From Felis catus (lineage: Eukaryota): 64,000 nt of DNA. The notes below the pieces were generated by a model, which ran no database searches, was not told where the DNA came from, and saw nothing but the letters and a program-made list of their open reading frames with translations. Positions within the stretch are counted from its first letter, which is position 1; the number at the start of each line of letters is the position of its first letter. The translations under genes and the position numbers were made by a program. The stretch spans positions 220,288,001 through 220,352,000 of the forward strand of contig NC_058368.1 of assembly GCF_018350175.1 (NCBI RefSeq), given 5' to 3'. Shown here piece by piece: positions 37,551-50,078 of the stretch.

Positions 37551-39498
37551 CTTAATGCCTGTCTCTTTGCTCAGCCTCAAGTTAAGCACCATATTCATGA
37601 GCCGCCAACAGCAGGGGCGGTTTTCAGAGTGAAAGTAGAGAGAAGGCAGCGTCTGAAGTCATGGTGTGATTTTCTGATCCATATGTGTGTCATCCCCCCT
37701 CCCCACCCAAGTTATTTAAAAGGCAGCAAAACCCAAATGCCAGAAAAGAATGAAAAACAAGTGGCTGTTAGGTATAGGTATCTACTTCAACGTGTATTAC
37801 ACACCATGTGTAGCATTTCATTGCAACAAATCTTAATTCTTGTCTCTAAACCGACCATAAATATTTCAAATTTTGGTGGTTATATATTTGAAGCATAAAT
37901 GAATCAGGTGTACTATTAAATTTCATTAAGCAATCTTCTTTCAAAGTATTTTTCTCTGACAAATTCTATTATAACCACAACTTTTCCAAGTTTAATTTTT
38001 TTATGATTGATTTTCTGTAACATGAATTTGCATTTATATCATTCACCCATGTAATTTTCGCTTCCTATAATGACTAAATCTGGTAACCATTTAGCTATAG
38101 GCTAAAACAGATACAAGTTTTTTGAACTACCATCTATAACTTTACATCTTTCTGGTTTAACTTTTGATTCATGTCTAGTATGCTTCTAAGTATTTAAACA
38201 GGTTTTTCTCTCTGAATGCTAATTGATCAGCTAAACATAGATTCAGTTAAATTTTTATAACAAGGACCTACCTAGACAGTCTTCCTGTTATCTGCAGTTA
38301 AAGTTGTTTCCAATGAAATAATCTTCACTTCTCAACATTTATTATTTATGAGACTTTGTTTTCATGGTTCTCCATCCTCATAGAGCATTCTTGCATTGAA
38401 GACAGGACTGAGTTGAAATCATCTCAGTCAAAAATGTATGTGGCATCTAAGAAACCAAGTAAATATTTGATGTCAATTTTTTCATTTGTTGAATGACAAA
38501 TAGCTCCTGATGTTAATTGACTCACTGTCCGGTAGAGGATATAAACATATGCAATAGTTTACATTTAAATATTTATGTAACATTTATGGAAATAATATAA
38601 AAATATTCCATTAACAATGTCTATCAGATCCACAGCATTCGTCAGAGATTATATTTCACTTTCAAAAGCAGATTGTAGTCAGAGAAAATGCATAATAAAA
38701 CATGGAAATTTAGCACTTATTTTCATGTAAATATGAATAGATGATATCCCAAGGGGTATTTTTATTCAATAAATACTTCATTTTTTAATAACATTATCCA
38801 GCATGTTGTAAGTACCAGCTAATTGATAGATATATGGGAAAAAATGGTGACCCTATAGGCTGATTTATTTCATTTGCTCACTAAAGGTTGGAGTATATGT
38901 TGGAAGAAAGTGTCATAGTACATTTGAAATTCTAGATTAACATAATAATTACAATAATAACAACAATAACATGAGGTTTAGATTTTCAAGTTTCTGCAAA
39001 GATGGTGAATTATCCATTCTGTAGTCTCCCTCAAATAAGATCAACTCTTAAAAATGAAGCGTCCGAGATCCTGGACAACAACAACAAAAACTGTAAAGAA
39101 GCATTGAAGAAATTTGTGTGCTCTGTTGGCCAAGGAAGGGGTTGATTCAACCTGGAGCAGAACTCATCCAGAAGTAGTCTCAGAGGACAAATTAGAATTA
39201 AAAAATCCATCTCCCTGGGAAAATCAATACCTGTCCCTGGTTGCATAAATCAGCAACACTAGCAAAAACTTGTATTCCGGATAGGTAACCCAGAAATCTT
39301 GATCTGTTCAAGTGTTGCTGAAAACCGTTGGTTGATTGACTAGCCTCAGACATTAACCCTGATGCATGTTCCCTTTCCGACACCAAATAGTAGTTCACAT
39401 TTCACTGCCCCAAACTGCCTCTCCTGGGGAGATGAAGGGGATGCTTTTACCTCAAGGAGAATTTGCTGGAGTTTTAGCAAAGAAAAATGAGTAAATGG

Positions 39499-39499
<1 letters not shown>

Positions 39500-39550
<51 letters not shown>
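39500..39550. repeat. (TG)n microsatellite
   Basis: Perfect TG run of about 25 units. Confidence 0.95.
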
Positions 39551-39552
<2 letters not shown>

Positions 39553-39574
39553 ATTCTTCATGAAGCCATGTATG

Positions 39575-39735
39575 AGAGAGGTGATTAAACTAATATAAGG
39601 CATTTAGGGGGCACCTGGGTGGCTTAGTCAGTTAAGTGCCCAACTCTTGGTTTCAGCTCAGGTCATGATCTCACTGTTTATGAGTTCCAGCCCCACATTG
39701 GGCTTTAAGCTTGCAGCACAGAGCCTGCTTGGGAT

Positions 39736-39771
<36 letters not shown>

Positions 39772-40101
39772 ACTGTCTCTCTCTCTTCCTCTCAGAATAA
39801 ATAAACTTTAAAAAATTAAAATAAGGAATTTAGGGTGGGCCCGAATTGAATCTGACTGGTGTCCTTATTAGAATAGAAAAATTGGAAACAAAGACACCAG
39901 GTTGCACACAGGGAAAAAAGCATGTTGGACACTTAGAGAAAGTGGCCATCTATTAGCCAAGGAGAGAGGTCTCTGAAAAAAACAAAACTTGGGGGCACTT
40001 TGATCTGGAACTTCTAACCTCTTGAACTATGAGAAATATACTTCTGTTGTTTAAGCCACGCAGTCGGTGGTATTATCACAGCAGCTCTAGTGAACTGTAC
40101 A
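39575..40101 (+). mobile_element. MaLR LTR (MLT1A/B-like), split by a SINE
   Basis: agggtgggcc..aatctgactggtgtccttat..gtggccatct..agccaaggagagagg..tgagaaata.acttctgttgtttaagccac.cagtc.gtggtatt. Confidence 0.85.
39607..39820 (+). mobile_element. CAN-SINE inserted in MLT1
   Basis: Degenerate TSD ataagg(c/a)atttag and typical body. Confidence 0.95.
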
Positions 40102-40109
40102 GATTGAAG

Positions 40110-40920
40110 AAACAAATTTAAGTACTTAGAAGAGGATGCATAAAAGGATTAATACATTTAAATAGCAAACAAATAAATATTGTTTTAAATAGACACAGAA
40201 ATACTAGTAACTAGTTTTTTTTTAAATCAAAGATATAAAGAAAATAATAGTGAAGAGGAAATATTTGAAGAAATAACAGAGATAAATTTCTCAGAAATAA
40301 ACAGGGACCCAAAGAACATCAAGAAAGTGAAAGAAGAAAATGTCCTCACCAAGAAACATTTTGGTGAAATTTTGGACTATCAAAGACATTGAAAAAATTC
40401 TTAAAGCTCCCAAGACAAATTATGATCCCTTAGAAGCAAAAATACCAACACCACTCTATGTATCAGCAAAAACTAAAGGCTGAAAACATATATATTTTAA
40501 AGAATTCCAGACACTGAGAAGAAAAATAAGGTTGAAAAGTATCTACAGCAGATATTTTGACTTCTTAAAATATTTTAGCAGTAGTACAATAGAGACTTCA
40601 GATACAGAAGCTGACATATATCAAATTTTGATTGATATGTGAGAGGTCTGTGGAAAACAGATGGACCTTTCCACTAATGATGCTGGAAAAACTGGTTATC
40701 CAGTTTCAAAAAATAAAAATGGATTTTTTAAAATTCATTCCTCCTCAGATACACAAATTAATGACTAAAATTTCATTGTCAATGTTAAAACTTTTAAACT
40801 GTAAAAGAATATCTTTATGACCTAGTTTTAAATAAATGTTTTGTAAAGAAAATACAACAAAAATGATATGCAGTGATACATTCAATCACATTAACATTTT
40901 ATAAAAGCATACCTTGCAAA
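40110..40920 (+). mobile_element. Old L1 ORF1 and ORF2 remnants
   Basis: About 40260-40410 encodes IFEEITEINFSE..RNILVKFWTIKDIEKILKA, similar to L1 ORF1 IFEEI..ENFP..RHIIVK...KDKEKILKA. Downstream tgatgctggaaaaactggttatcca is ORF2-like. Confidence 0.6.
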
Positions 40921-41006
40921 GATTAGCCCAGAATGAGTGAAAATAATTAGAGTGGAAATTGGTATATATACATTGGAATTGATTTCGACATGTTTATTCA
41001 AGTTGA

Positions 41007-41008
<2 letters not shown>

Positions 41009-41049
<41 letters not shown>

Positions 41050-41070
41050 CACACACACACACATATACAT
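41009..41070. repeat. (AT)n(AC)n compound microsatellite
   Basis: Directly visible. Confidence 0.95.
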
Positions 41071-41167
41071 AATTTTGAATCACATAAAATTTTAAAAGTT
41101 GCAAGTTAATAAATGGTAAAATATTGTCAATTCCCCATGTTTTAACATCTATGTTTTATGTATGAGA

Positions 41168-41378
41168 TTTTTTTTCAACGTTTATTTATTTTTGGGACAG
41201 AGAGAGACAGAGCATGAACGGGCGACGGGCAGAGAGAGAGGGAGACACAGAATCGGAAACAGGCTCCAGGCTCTGAGCCATCAGCCCAGAGCCCGACGCG
41301 GGGCTCGAACTCACGGACCGCGAGATCGTGACCTGGCTGAAGTCGGACGCTTAACCGACTGCGCCACCCAGGCGCCCC
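41168..41378 (-). mobile_element. Very young CAN-SINE (SINEC_Fc), CpG-rich
   Basis: Retains about 18 CpGs (e.g. cccgacgcggggctcgaactcacggaccgcgagatcgtg). Head gactgcgccacccaggcgcccc. Confidence 0.97.
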
Positions 41379-41453
41379 AAAAATTTTCTTAATAGTACTA
41401 TCTATAAATAAAGATCTAGTAATAACTCAGTAATGTATCCAAAATAAAACGGA

Positions 41454-41581
41454 GGGCACTTGGGTGGCTCAGTCGGTTAAGCATCTGGCTCTTGATTTTC
41501 TGCTCAGGTCATGATCTCAAGGTTTGTGAGATTGAACCTTGCATTGGGCTTTATGCTGATAGTTCAGATCCTGCTTGAGAT

Positions 41582-41625
<44 letters not shown>

Positions 41626-41697
41626 CCTCCCCTGCTTTCACTCCTCTCTCCCTCTCTCTCTCTCTTCTTCTCTCAAAATAAATATATAATGTTTTCA
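41454..41697 (+). mobile_element. CAN-SINE
   Basis: Head gggcacttgggtggctcagtcggttaag, long (CT)n, TSD-like aaaataaaa(c/t)gg. Confidence 0.93.
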
Positions 41698-42289
41698 AAA
41701 ATAAAATGGGAAACTGCATTGTGGTGTATTTATTCAATAAAGGATATTCATCAAATTAATTAATTAATTAATTAATTAACTATAATTTCATCTAATGAAT
41801 GAATTGCAAAAACATGATAGTAAATGAATAAAAATCCACTGGAGAACATATACATGTGACTCCACTGGGGAAGACAAAGCTACACAAAATAGACAATTCT
41901 GAGCAACACATTTTTACAGACTTGTAAAATGTGGTGAGCCTACAAAGACATGCAAGACGATTGTTAACGTGATCATAGTTTTCTGTAGCAGACAGCGTAG
42001 CCAGGGATGTAAATTGGGAAAAGTTTTCAAAAGACTTCATTTGCTCTATTTTAAGTGGAGTGGTGGAAAATAATGTGCTCTCTTTTGTGTATGTGTATAT
42101 TACATGTTTTTAATTTTTTTAAGTAAAAATGGTTAATAAGCATGGTTTGTTATTTCAAGAAGAATCATTCCTTTTGGAGGCCATGGATTGTATAATGTAA
42201 TAAAAAAGAAGACCATGTGACAAGGGCATTGAGAAAAGATTGAATCATCCAAGATCTCTGGACAAAAGTACAGAATTCACAGAAGTTAG

Positions 42290-43250
42290 ATTTTATTGTA
42301 GTCATAGACGGGAGCAATAAACCAATTTGGAATGTTTTTTTAAAAAAAATATATCACTCTGGCTGCTGTAAGAAGATATTTTTTTGCCAGAGTAAATAAT
42401 GGAGAAGGAAAACCAATTTGGAAACTCTTATAATAATCCATATGACAGATGTTGGGTTAGACGCATGTGGTTGTCACCGAGCTGGAGAGAAATAGACAGC
42501 TTTGAGATATATGTAGGAGTTATAATTTACAGGACTTTATGATGAATTGGATCTACTGGTTTAAGTAGAGGTTAGTGTTAAACGATGTTTCTGTGTCTCC
42601 AGATTGAGTCACTGGAGGAAGGATAATTTATTAATGTAGAGAACATAATAAAGAGAACTGAATTCTGGCTAGGGCTACATCAAGAGTTTCATTTTGGACA
42701 TGTTATGTTTGGACATATTAGGCTCTGTTTTGTTACTGGAATGCTCTCCTCTATGAACTAGCTGAGTGGAAAAGTTAAGTAATCAGTTTAAAATATGCAT
42801 CTGGATAGGAAATGAGAAGTATAGCCCATAAACAGTGAGTTATTAACAAGGTGGGGTGTGTAAAATCCTGAGAATTAATAGATTGCCTAGAGAGATGATG
42901 TAGAAGAAGAGGCAAGATCTGACACACAAATAGGTAAAAGGTAGTGAAGGAATTATAAACAAAGAATGAGAAGGAATGACTTGAGACATAAAAGGAAAAA
43001 GTAGAAGATAATATCAGAGAAGCAAGGAGAAAGGTATTTTTTTTAAAACAATAATCTTCTGTGACCAATGTTAGAGTAAAATTGAGGAAGATAATGACTA
43101 ATAACTACCTACTGGCAAATTAAGGTCCCAGTTGACGGTAGTAAGGACAATTTTACTTGAGTGATGCAGTCAGTATGGAGTGGTCAGTATGGTCAGTATG
43201 AAAGATACTTGAGGGACAGATGATGGTGTGTGCAGTTAACTCTTAGAATA
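42290..43250 (-). mobile_element. L2 fragment
   Basis: atcactctggctgctgt..ataatcca..tggagagaaatagacag..gagatat..acaggactt..gatgaattggat..gagtttcattttggacatgtta. Confidence 0.7.
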
Positions 43251-43747
43251 AATTTGTATATTGAAACCCAAGTGGAAAAGGACAGCTACTTATCCACATA
43301 TACAATGGAAAGTGAGGTTTTCCTTTTATTTTTGACTAATATGTCTTATGAATCCTAACTTCGCTGGAGAACATGGAGTCACAAAAGTTGAAAATTGATA
43401 GAAGTTTCCTCTGGTTTAGTCCAATAGTTTATCCTCTTTTGAATAAATGCATCCCTCAACTTTCCTCTTCTGCCATCTCTAAGATAGCAAGTGAAAATAA
43501 AGGCTTGTGTGGTGTGGTAGTGGTGACACATCTATCACTTTCTCCGAGTGGAAACAGGAGCCTTGGATCTATTTACGAACATCTTTTTTTCCTGTCCTCT
43601 GGGCCAACATTGAAGATGTCACATGACGACCTAGATTTTGGACACTTATTGACATTTCCATCTGAAGTCTGCACCTGGGTACTCACTGCCACTCTCTCAT
43701 CAGTGAAGTATGAGACGGGTGTCAGTTGTGGATGACAGGATTGAGCC

Positions 43748-43886
43748 TATATATATATGTGTATATATATATGTATATATATATATACACATATATATAC
43801 ATATATATATACACATATATGTATAGACATACATACATATACATATACATATATACACACACATATATGTATATACACATATACAT

Positions 43887-43927
<41 letters not shown>

Positions 43928-43931
43928 TATA
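43748..43931. repeat. Complex (TA)/(TACA)/(TATACA)n microsatellite
   Basis: About 180 bp of alternating purine-pyrimidine sequence. Confidence 0.95.
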
Positions 43932-44807
43932 TTAAAATTGGTGAATGCTGGATAATTAATAAAATAACTGTGGAAGTTAGAAATTAGAAGTTAATTTCTT
44001 GTGAACACTTAATCCATGCTTTGGAAAGTCAAACAAAACTCAAGATCTATCCACACAAGTCCATCCTGTGGTGAGTTTCTCTGTCAATAGAGGTAATGCC
44101 ATTACATTTTCTCAAGTGGTAAATAATGATAACTTAGCCTCATTGCCTACCAATGTAATATGTTTATCTTTTATGTATTTATACATTCATCAATGTATTT
44201 ATTAAAATATTTTGGATTACTAATATTGCTGGGCTCCATACTAAGAGCTGATGATTGAGAAATAAATCATAATATTCCTCTTCTAAAGAAAGTAACTAGA
44301 GAACAAACCGCGAAAGACACTACATGATTACAAATTGAATTAGGAAGTGGCAGATTAAAGGAGAAAAACTTATTTTTTCATCTTATGTTTTGCTGTAATA
44401 TACGAAGTAAATACATTTAAAAATGAGCTGGAAATAACAAATGCTATATATCCTTATGCATTATTCCACTACCTAATAACTCAATAGCTTAGGAACTTGG
44501 AGCATTTTGGATTGGTACATATTTAACTTATTTCTTCATTTGTCCCCCATCTAGGAAACTAAGTAGTGTTTAGTCAATAACAGAAAAGTCACCGGTAAAC
44601 CCAGTGATAGACAAAGATACATTTAGACCGGTGAACGTGCTGCTTCTCTTATCTTAGAATCTGCTAAAAAACTAATTTTTTCCAATTCCAAAAAGATTCT
44701 GCCTTTTCAGCTAAATAAGTGATGGGAAAAAAGCACTTGAGGAAGGTGAAGAACCACCTCTGTTAGGTTATCGAATCCCATCCTATTAAACAACATCCGT
44801 CAATGCT

Positions 44808-45220
44808 TTATTAGTTTTCCTAGAGCTGGCGTAACTAAGGACTACAAACTGGATGGCTTAAAACAACACAAAGTTATTGTTTCATAGTTCTGGAAGCAAG
44901 AAGCATAAAATCAAGGTATCAGTAGTACCATGATCCTGAAATCTGTAGGAAGATTGCTTTCTTGCCGCTTCCTCCTAGTTGATGGTGGTTCCCAGGCAAT
45001 CTTAGGTATTTGTGGCTTGCAGCTGAAGTACTTCAATCTAAGGGTCTCTTCTCCCATGGCATTTTACATACGTGTCCCCGTCTCCTCACGGATTTTCCTC
45101 TTCCTTTAAGAACACCCGTCATATTGGATTAGAGTCCACCCTAATCACCTCATCTTAACTTGATTACATCTGCAAAGACCCTATTTCCAAATAAGGTAAA
45201 ATTTTGAGGTATTAGAAGTT
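44808..45220 (-). mobile_element. MaLR LTR (MLT1B/C-like)
   Basis: tattagttttcctagagctg.cgtaac..caaactggatggcttaaaacaaca..catattggattag..cttaacttgattacatctgcaaagaccctatttccaaataaggt. Confidence 0.88.
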
Positions 45221-45535
45221 TATATATATGTGTGTGTATATATAAATACATAAAAATATATATATACACATATATGCACATACAGATATATACATATATA
45301 ACAAGCATATGTGTGAAGTATATAATGTATATAATCTATAATTAATAATATATATTTAGTAAATCATATAAAATATATGTAATAAGTATATATAAAAGAG
45401 ACATATTACATATACTGTTTATTACTTATATATAATGTGTGATGTATATTGTATAAAATGTATATAATAGGTATGTTTGAAAGATTTATATATTATGTAT
45501 GTATAATTGTATAAGTATCGTATGTATACTATATG
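45221..45535. repeat. Degenerate TA-rich low-complexity tract
   Basis: Decayed (TA)n-like sequence directly after the LTR. Confidence 0.8.
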
Positions 45536-47138
45536 AGAAGCATGTTACAGTTCGATTTGAATGATGTTTCTAGATCTGGATAACTTTTCAAATCCAGTCA
45601 CTTTCCTATTTTTCCACTTGGAAATTGCTTTGATCTTGACACATCATTAACCATGGAACTAACACTCCAATTCAAAGAGAATTGTTTTTAACATAAAACA
45701 CATGATATCTTTAACTCCCAGAACCTGGGAAAAACGGCCATGGTCTGTGCCTTGGGGATTCAGCCTCAACATCTTATTACTTTTTCTCTTTGACCAAAGG
45801 ATGGAGCCATCAATTCTCTTAAAATTGTCAGTAGCTGGCTTTAAGGGTGTTTATTTCCTAATCCAGAGGTTCTGGACAATCAAATATGAATTTCTTGCAG
45901 AGAATGCAGCAAGTAAAAGAGTATTAGGATATGTAGCTAAGTTTACTGTCCTTATAAATTGCTATTCTAAGTACTGAAATTTTTTAATTTACAGAAAATG
46001 AAAAGTAATTGAAGTGAGGATAAATATATTGCTGTAAAGGTTTATGCAAATCACATAATGTGTATAATTTATTATAATTAAATGAGAAATATATTTCAGA
46101 GATAGTAACACTTAAAGTCATTATTTTTATATTTATTTATGAGTGCAATGCAAATCAGGGAAAGTAGTTTCTTCTTTTGTTAGTTAAACATATATTTAAA
46201 ATAGCCAAAATTCCTAACTTGATTTTCTTGGACCAGAGAGGTTTCTTACACTTTGAACCAGGGACGACACAGGAAAAGATCCTTTCTCTGAATTTTTTTT
46301 AAACATAGGACTATTCTGTCTATAGATATGCTATAAATTTGCTGGCTTCTGACAAAAAGTGAAAATATGAAATGATTTGTAGATACTATTCTATCTGCTA
46401 TTCTTTAATCATGTGAAATTATAGTATTTACAGCTAGAAATTCTATTTGTGCTTATCAACTCAACTCTCTTATTTTTACAGATTAATCAATTGAAATAGT
46501 TTACTTTCTTCTCTGTAAGTGGATTGTAAAATAATAAGTCAAAGAGTACATTTTAGAGGTTTGATAGAAAATTGCTAAAATAAAAATAAAGTAATATAAA
46601 AATGTATATGGTACAATAAAATATGGGAATTATTTTTTCATTATACTATGAGATCTCCAAAAGACATTCTTATTCGCCTCTAATTCACTTCAGTATTTTT
46701 TCTGTTTCTTCAATAATTGTCATGAAGAGGTTAATTGAATGATCACAACAGCTTTCATACCTTCTATAAGCACATATGTATACATGAATTAAATAATTTA
46801 TATTTTCTAAAGAAAATTGCACTTTAGAATAATTTTAGATTTAAAGAAATGTTGACAATAGTAAAAGAATCATCATGTATTCCATATCAGATTTCCCGTT
46901 GTTAATATCTCACATTAGCATGGTACATTTGTCACAACTAATGAACAACTACAGATACCTTATTATTAATTGAAATCCATACTTTATTCAGATTTCCTTT
47001 CCAATGTTCCTTTCTTTTCCAGGGACCTATCCAGGATACCACATTACACTTAGTCTTTATTTCTCTTTAGGTTCCTCTTAGCCTTGAGTTTCTCAGACTT
47101 TCCTTCTTTTCCATAACCTCGACACTTTTGAGGAGTAC

Positions 47139-47491
47139 TGTATTAGTCTGTTAGGACTGCCCTAACAAAATTTCATATACTGGGTGGCTTTAAAAAACAA
47201 TTTTTTCCCCGCAGTTCTAGAGGCTGGAAGGCTGAGATCAGGCTGCCAGCATGGTTAGATCCAGATGAGAACTCTTTTCCTCATTTGCAAATGGCTGTCT
47301 TCTCATTGTGCAGTCAACTGATGGGGAGAGATTTCCTCTCATAAGGCCATAGTCCCATTGCACCAGGGCTCCACCCTTATGATCTCATTTAACCTTAATT
47401 ATTTCTCAAAGATGCTACCTCCAAATATAGTCATATGAGTATTAGGACCTCGAAATATGAATTTTGGAGGGACATAATTCAATCTATAGAA
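47139..47491 (-). mobile_element. Complete MaLR solo LTR (MLT1A-like)
   Basis: tgtattagtctg..gcagttctagaggctggaag..tgatctcatttaaccttaatta..tttggagggaca.aattcaatctatag. 5-bp TSD agtac at 47134-47138 and 47492-47496. Confidence 0.9.
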
Positions 47492-47949
47492 AGTACTGTT
47501 TAAACAGCTTGCCTAATGTCTCTCCATTGGGATTTATTTCATATCTCTTCATTATTAGAAGGGGAATATATGTTTTGGGGAGGAAGAATACAAAGGTGAA
47601 ATCGCAATCCATTACATTATATCAAAGGTATGGACATCACTTACCAATCTTGATATTAACCTTGCTCACGTGGCCAGGCTAGTGTTTTTCCAGTCCCTTC
47701 ATGGTCAATTTACTCATTTTTCCCACTTCTATATTCCCCTTTGAAAAGAAATCAGTACGAAAAGCCTTTAAGGAGTGAGGAGTTGTGTTCCACCTGCATG
47801 AGGATAAAGTACTTGCAAGAATTAATTGAAATTCTATATGGAAATTTAGTCTATTCTTCTGTATTTATTTATCCAGTCATTTATTTGTATTCGTATGGAT
47901 TCATGGGTATTTACTTTATAGGTTGAGTTATAATTTCATACTACTTTAT

Positions 47950-48160
47950 GGGGGCGCCTGGGTGGCTCAGTTGGTTAAGCATCCGACTTTGGTTCAGGTC
48001 ATGATCTCATGGTTTGTGAGTTTGAGCCCCGCATCAGGCTCTGTGCTGACAGTTCAGAGCCTAGAGCCTGCTTTGGATTGTGTCTCGTTCTGTCTCAGCC
48101 CCTCTCCCACTCATGCTATGTCTCTTTCTCTCAAAAATAAACATTAAAAAGTTTTAAAAA
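47950..48160 (+). mobile_element. CAN-SINE
   Basis: TSD atact(a/c)ctttat at 47938-47949 and 48161-48172. Confidence 0.95.
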
Positions 48161-49166
48161 ATACTCCTTTATCATATATTATTGCTCAAATTACTGCAGT
48201 TTTTGTTCCTGTATCTCTTGACATATCCCCATCATTGTATATGTGTTTGTGTTGGGCGTGGGGGAGGTGTGTTTGAGCAGTATTAATTTTTGGCGTTGCA
48301 AGATGCCCTACTCATTTTATATATTTATTGCCCTAGTGCTAGAACCCACTATTTTCCCAAGGAGATTTGATTTGTTGTATGTTTGATAATAGCATCATAC
48401 AAATGCTATTTGTAGTGTCGTGTAGATATCACTGCTATTTATTTTTAAATGAGTTTAATGTTTATTGTTACTTCAAATTAGTTGAGGATTTCACTTCATT
48501 GTTGCCAATTTTTTGCACACCATGCAAGAAACACTCAGCAATGCTGAATACACTATTCACTTTTATAATAATTTTATAGTTCTGTAATTATATAGAAATA
48601 TATTTAATAATTATGATGTAGGCACTATAAGTTTTTAAATCTCAAGGATAGATGTACATATACATCAATACGAAGTTGTATTATCATCTACCTGTTTTAA
48701 TAGGCAATTCACTAGTGTGAGCATTCTGAAGTTATAGGTCTTATTTGGAACTGCTTTTCATACAATTTGAAAGCTCAAATATTTGTTGACTACCTATTAA
48801 ATAGACAATATCAAATATATCAAGTCTACAAAGAACCAAAAATAATGCAAATTACTGATGAAGCTGATTTACTTGCTCCTTCCTTCCCATTCTGAAGCCC
48901 TTAAACATAATGACTGAGTCATCCTGTCACAGGTGGCTTTAGAAATCCATTGGCCCTCCATGTAAGGGCCCACCCTGATAAAACTTATAGAAGAGGAGCA
49001 AACCAGAATGTACCAGATAATACCAGGTAATATGCATTATCTAGAGGCAGATGGCTCCTGAACAATGGGAGGAAGAAAAATGCTAAGCCGCCACAGCTGA
49101 AACTCACCAATCAAGAATTCAGTCCTCCTCCTTGGGAAGGAATGAGAGATGGAAAAGAGGCCAGGT

Positions 49167-49371
49167 GTTTTTTGTTTGTTTGTTTGTTTGTTTGTTTGTT
49201 TGTTTGGAGAGAATGAGCAGGGGAGGACCAGAGAGAGAGAGGGAGAGAGAGAATCCCAAGCAGGCTTCATGTGGGGCTCCACGTGGGGTTCCAACCCAGG
49301 AACCTTGGTATCATGACCTGAACAGATATCAGGAGGCCCACGTTTAACGGACTGAGCCCCCCGGGCATCCC
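49167..49371 (-). mobile_element. CAN-SINE with (TTTG)n tail
   Basis: (TTTG)n at 49167-49205, gaatcccaagcaggct and degenerate head. Confidence 0.9.
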
Positions 49372-49428
49372 ATGAAACCAGAGATTTTTAAATGTAGTGC
49401 TTCTTCATTGAAATCAAAAGAGCATATT

Positions 49429-49646
49429 AAAAAAAATTAACATTTATTTATTATTGAGAGACAGAGAAAGACAGAGCATGAGCATGGGAGGGACAGAGAG
49501 AGGGGGAGACATAGAATCTGCAGCAGGCTCCAGGCTCTGAGCCCTCAACGCAGAGCCAGATGGGAAGCTCGAACTCACAAACCCCTAGATCATGGCCTGA
49601 GTGGAAGAAGTTGGACGCTGAACTGACTGAGCCAGCCAGGCGCCCC
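49429..49646 (-). mobile_element. CAN-SINE
   Basis: TSD aaaagagcatatt at 49416-49428 and 49647-49659. Confidence 0.95.
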
Positions 49647-50057
49647 AAAAGAGCATATTTTTTTATGTCCTTCTCTCATCCCCAAAGCAATTACTTGTTT
49701 TAATCTTTGAGGTATCAGGTAATGTATGGTGGCTTTGTTTCATACATTATGTAACAAGGAATTAGATAGGTGAGACAATTTGCTCAAAGTCTTAAAACAA
49801 ATAGAGAATGAGGGCACAAATAATACAAGTAGGAAAATCTTCAATTCACAGGAACACATATATTAAGTATACAAGACTATTCAGGATAACAGATCACAGA
49901 TACTTAAGCTTTTCTCTACTTTGAGGAAGACCCAATTTATATGAATCTCTACGAAAGTATTAATTGAATAGTGGTATCAGAGAGATCAACATAAACTTAT
50001 GCTTTTCAGAATTGCCATTATAATATTGTGTATGTGTGTATGATATGTTCAATATAC

Positions 50058-50078
50058 TGTGTGTGTGTGTGTGTGTGT
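50058..50078. repeat. (TG)n microsatellite
   Basis: Directly visible. Confidence 0.9.

Larger units (their letters stand above)
46810..48365 (-). mobile_element. L1MC/MD-like 3' region with nested MLT1 and SINE
   Basis: tttagaataattttagattta.agaaa..tggtacatttgtcacaactaatgaac..tccaggataccacattaca..tttgaggagtactg / ..ttttggggaggaagaa.acaaaggtgaa..atttttcccaaggag. Confidence 0.8.

Noticed and set aside
43700..43987. Tyr/Ile/His/Thr-rich ORFs (also at 530-848)
   Set aside because: Artefacts of TA/CA microsatellites, which lack stop codons.
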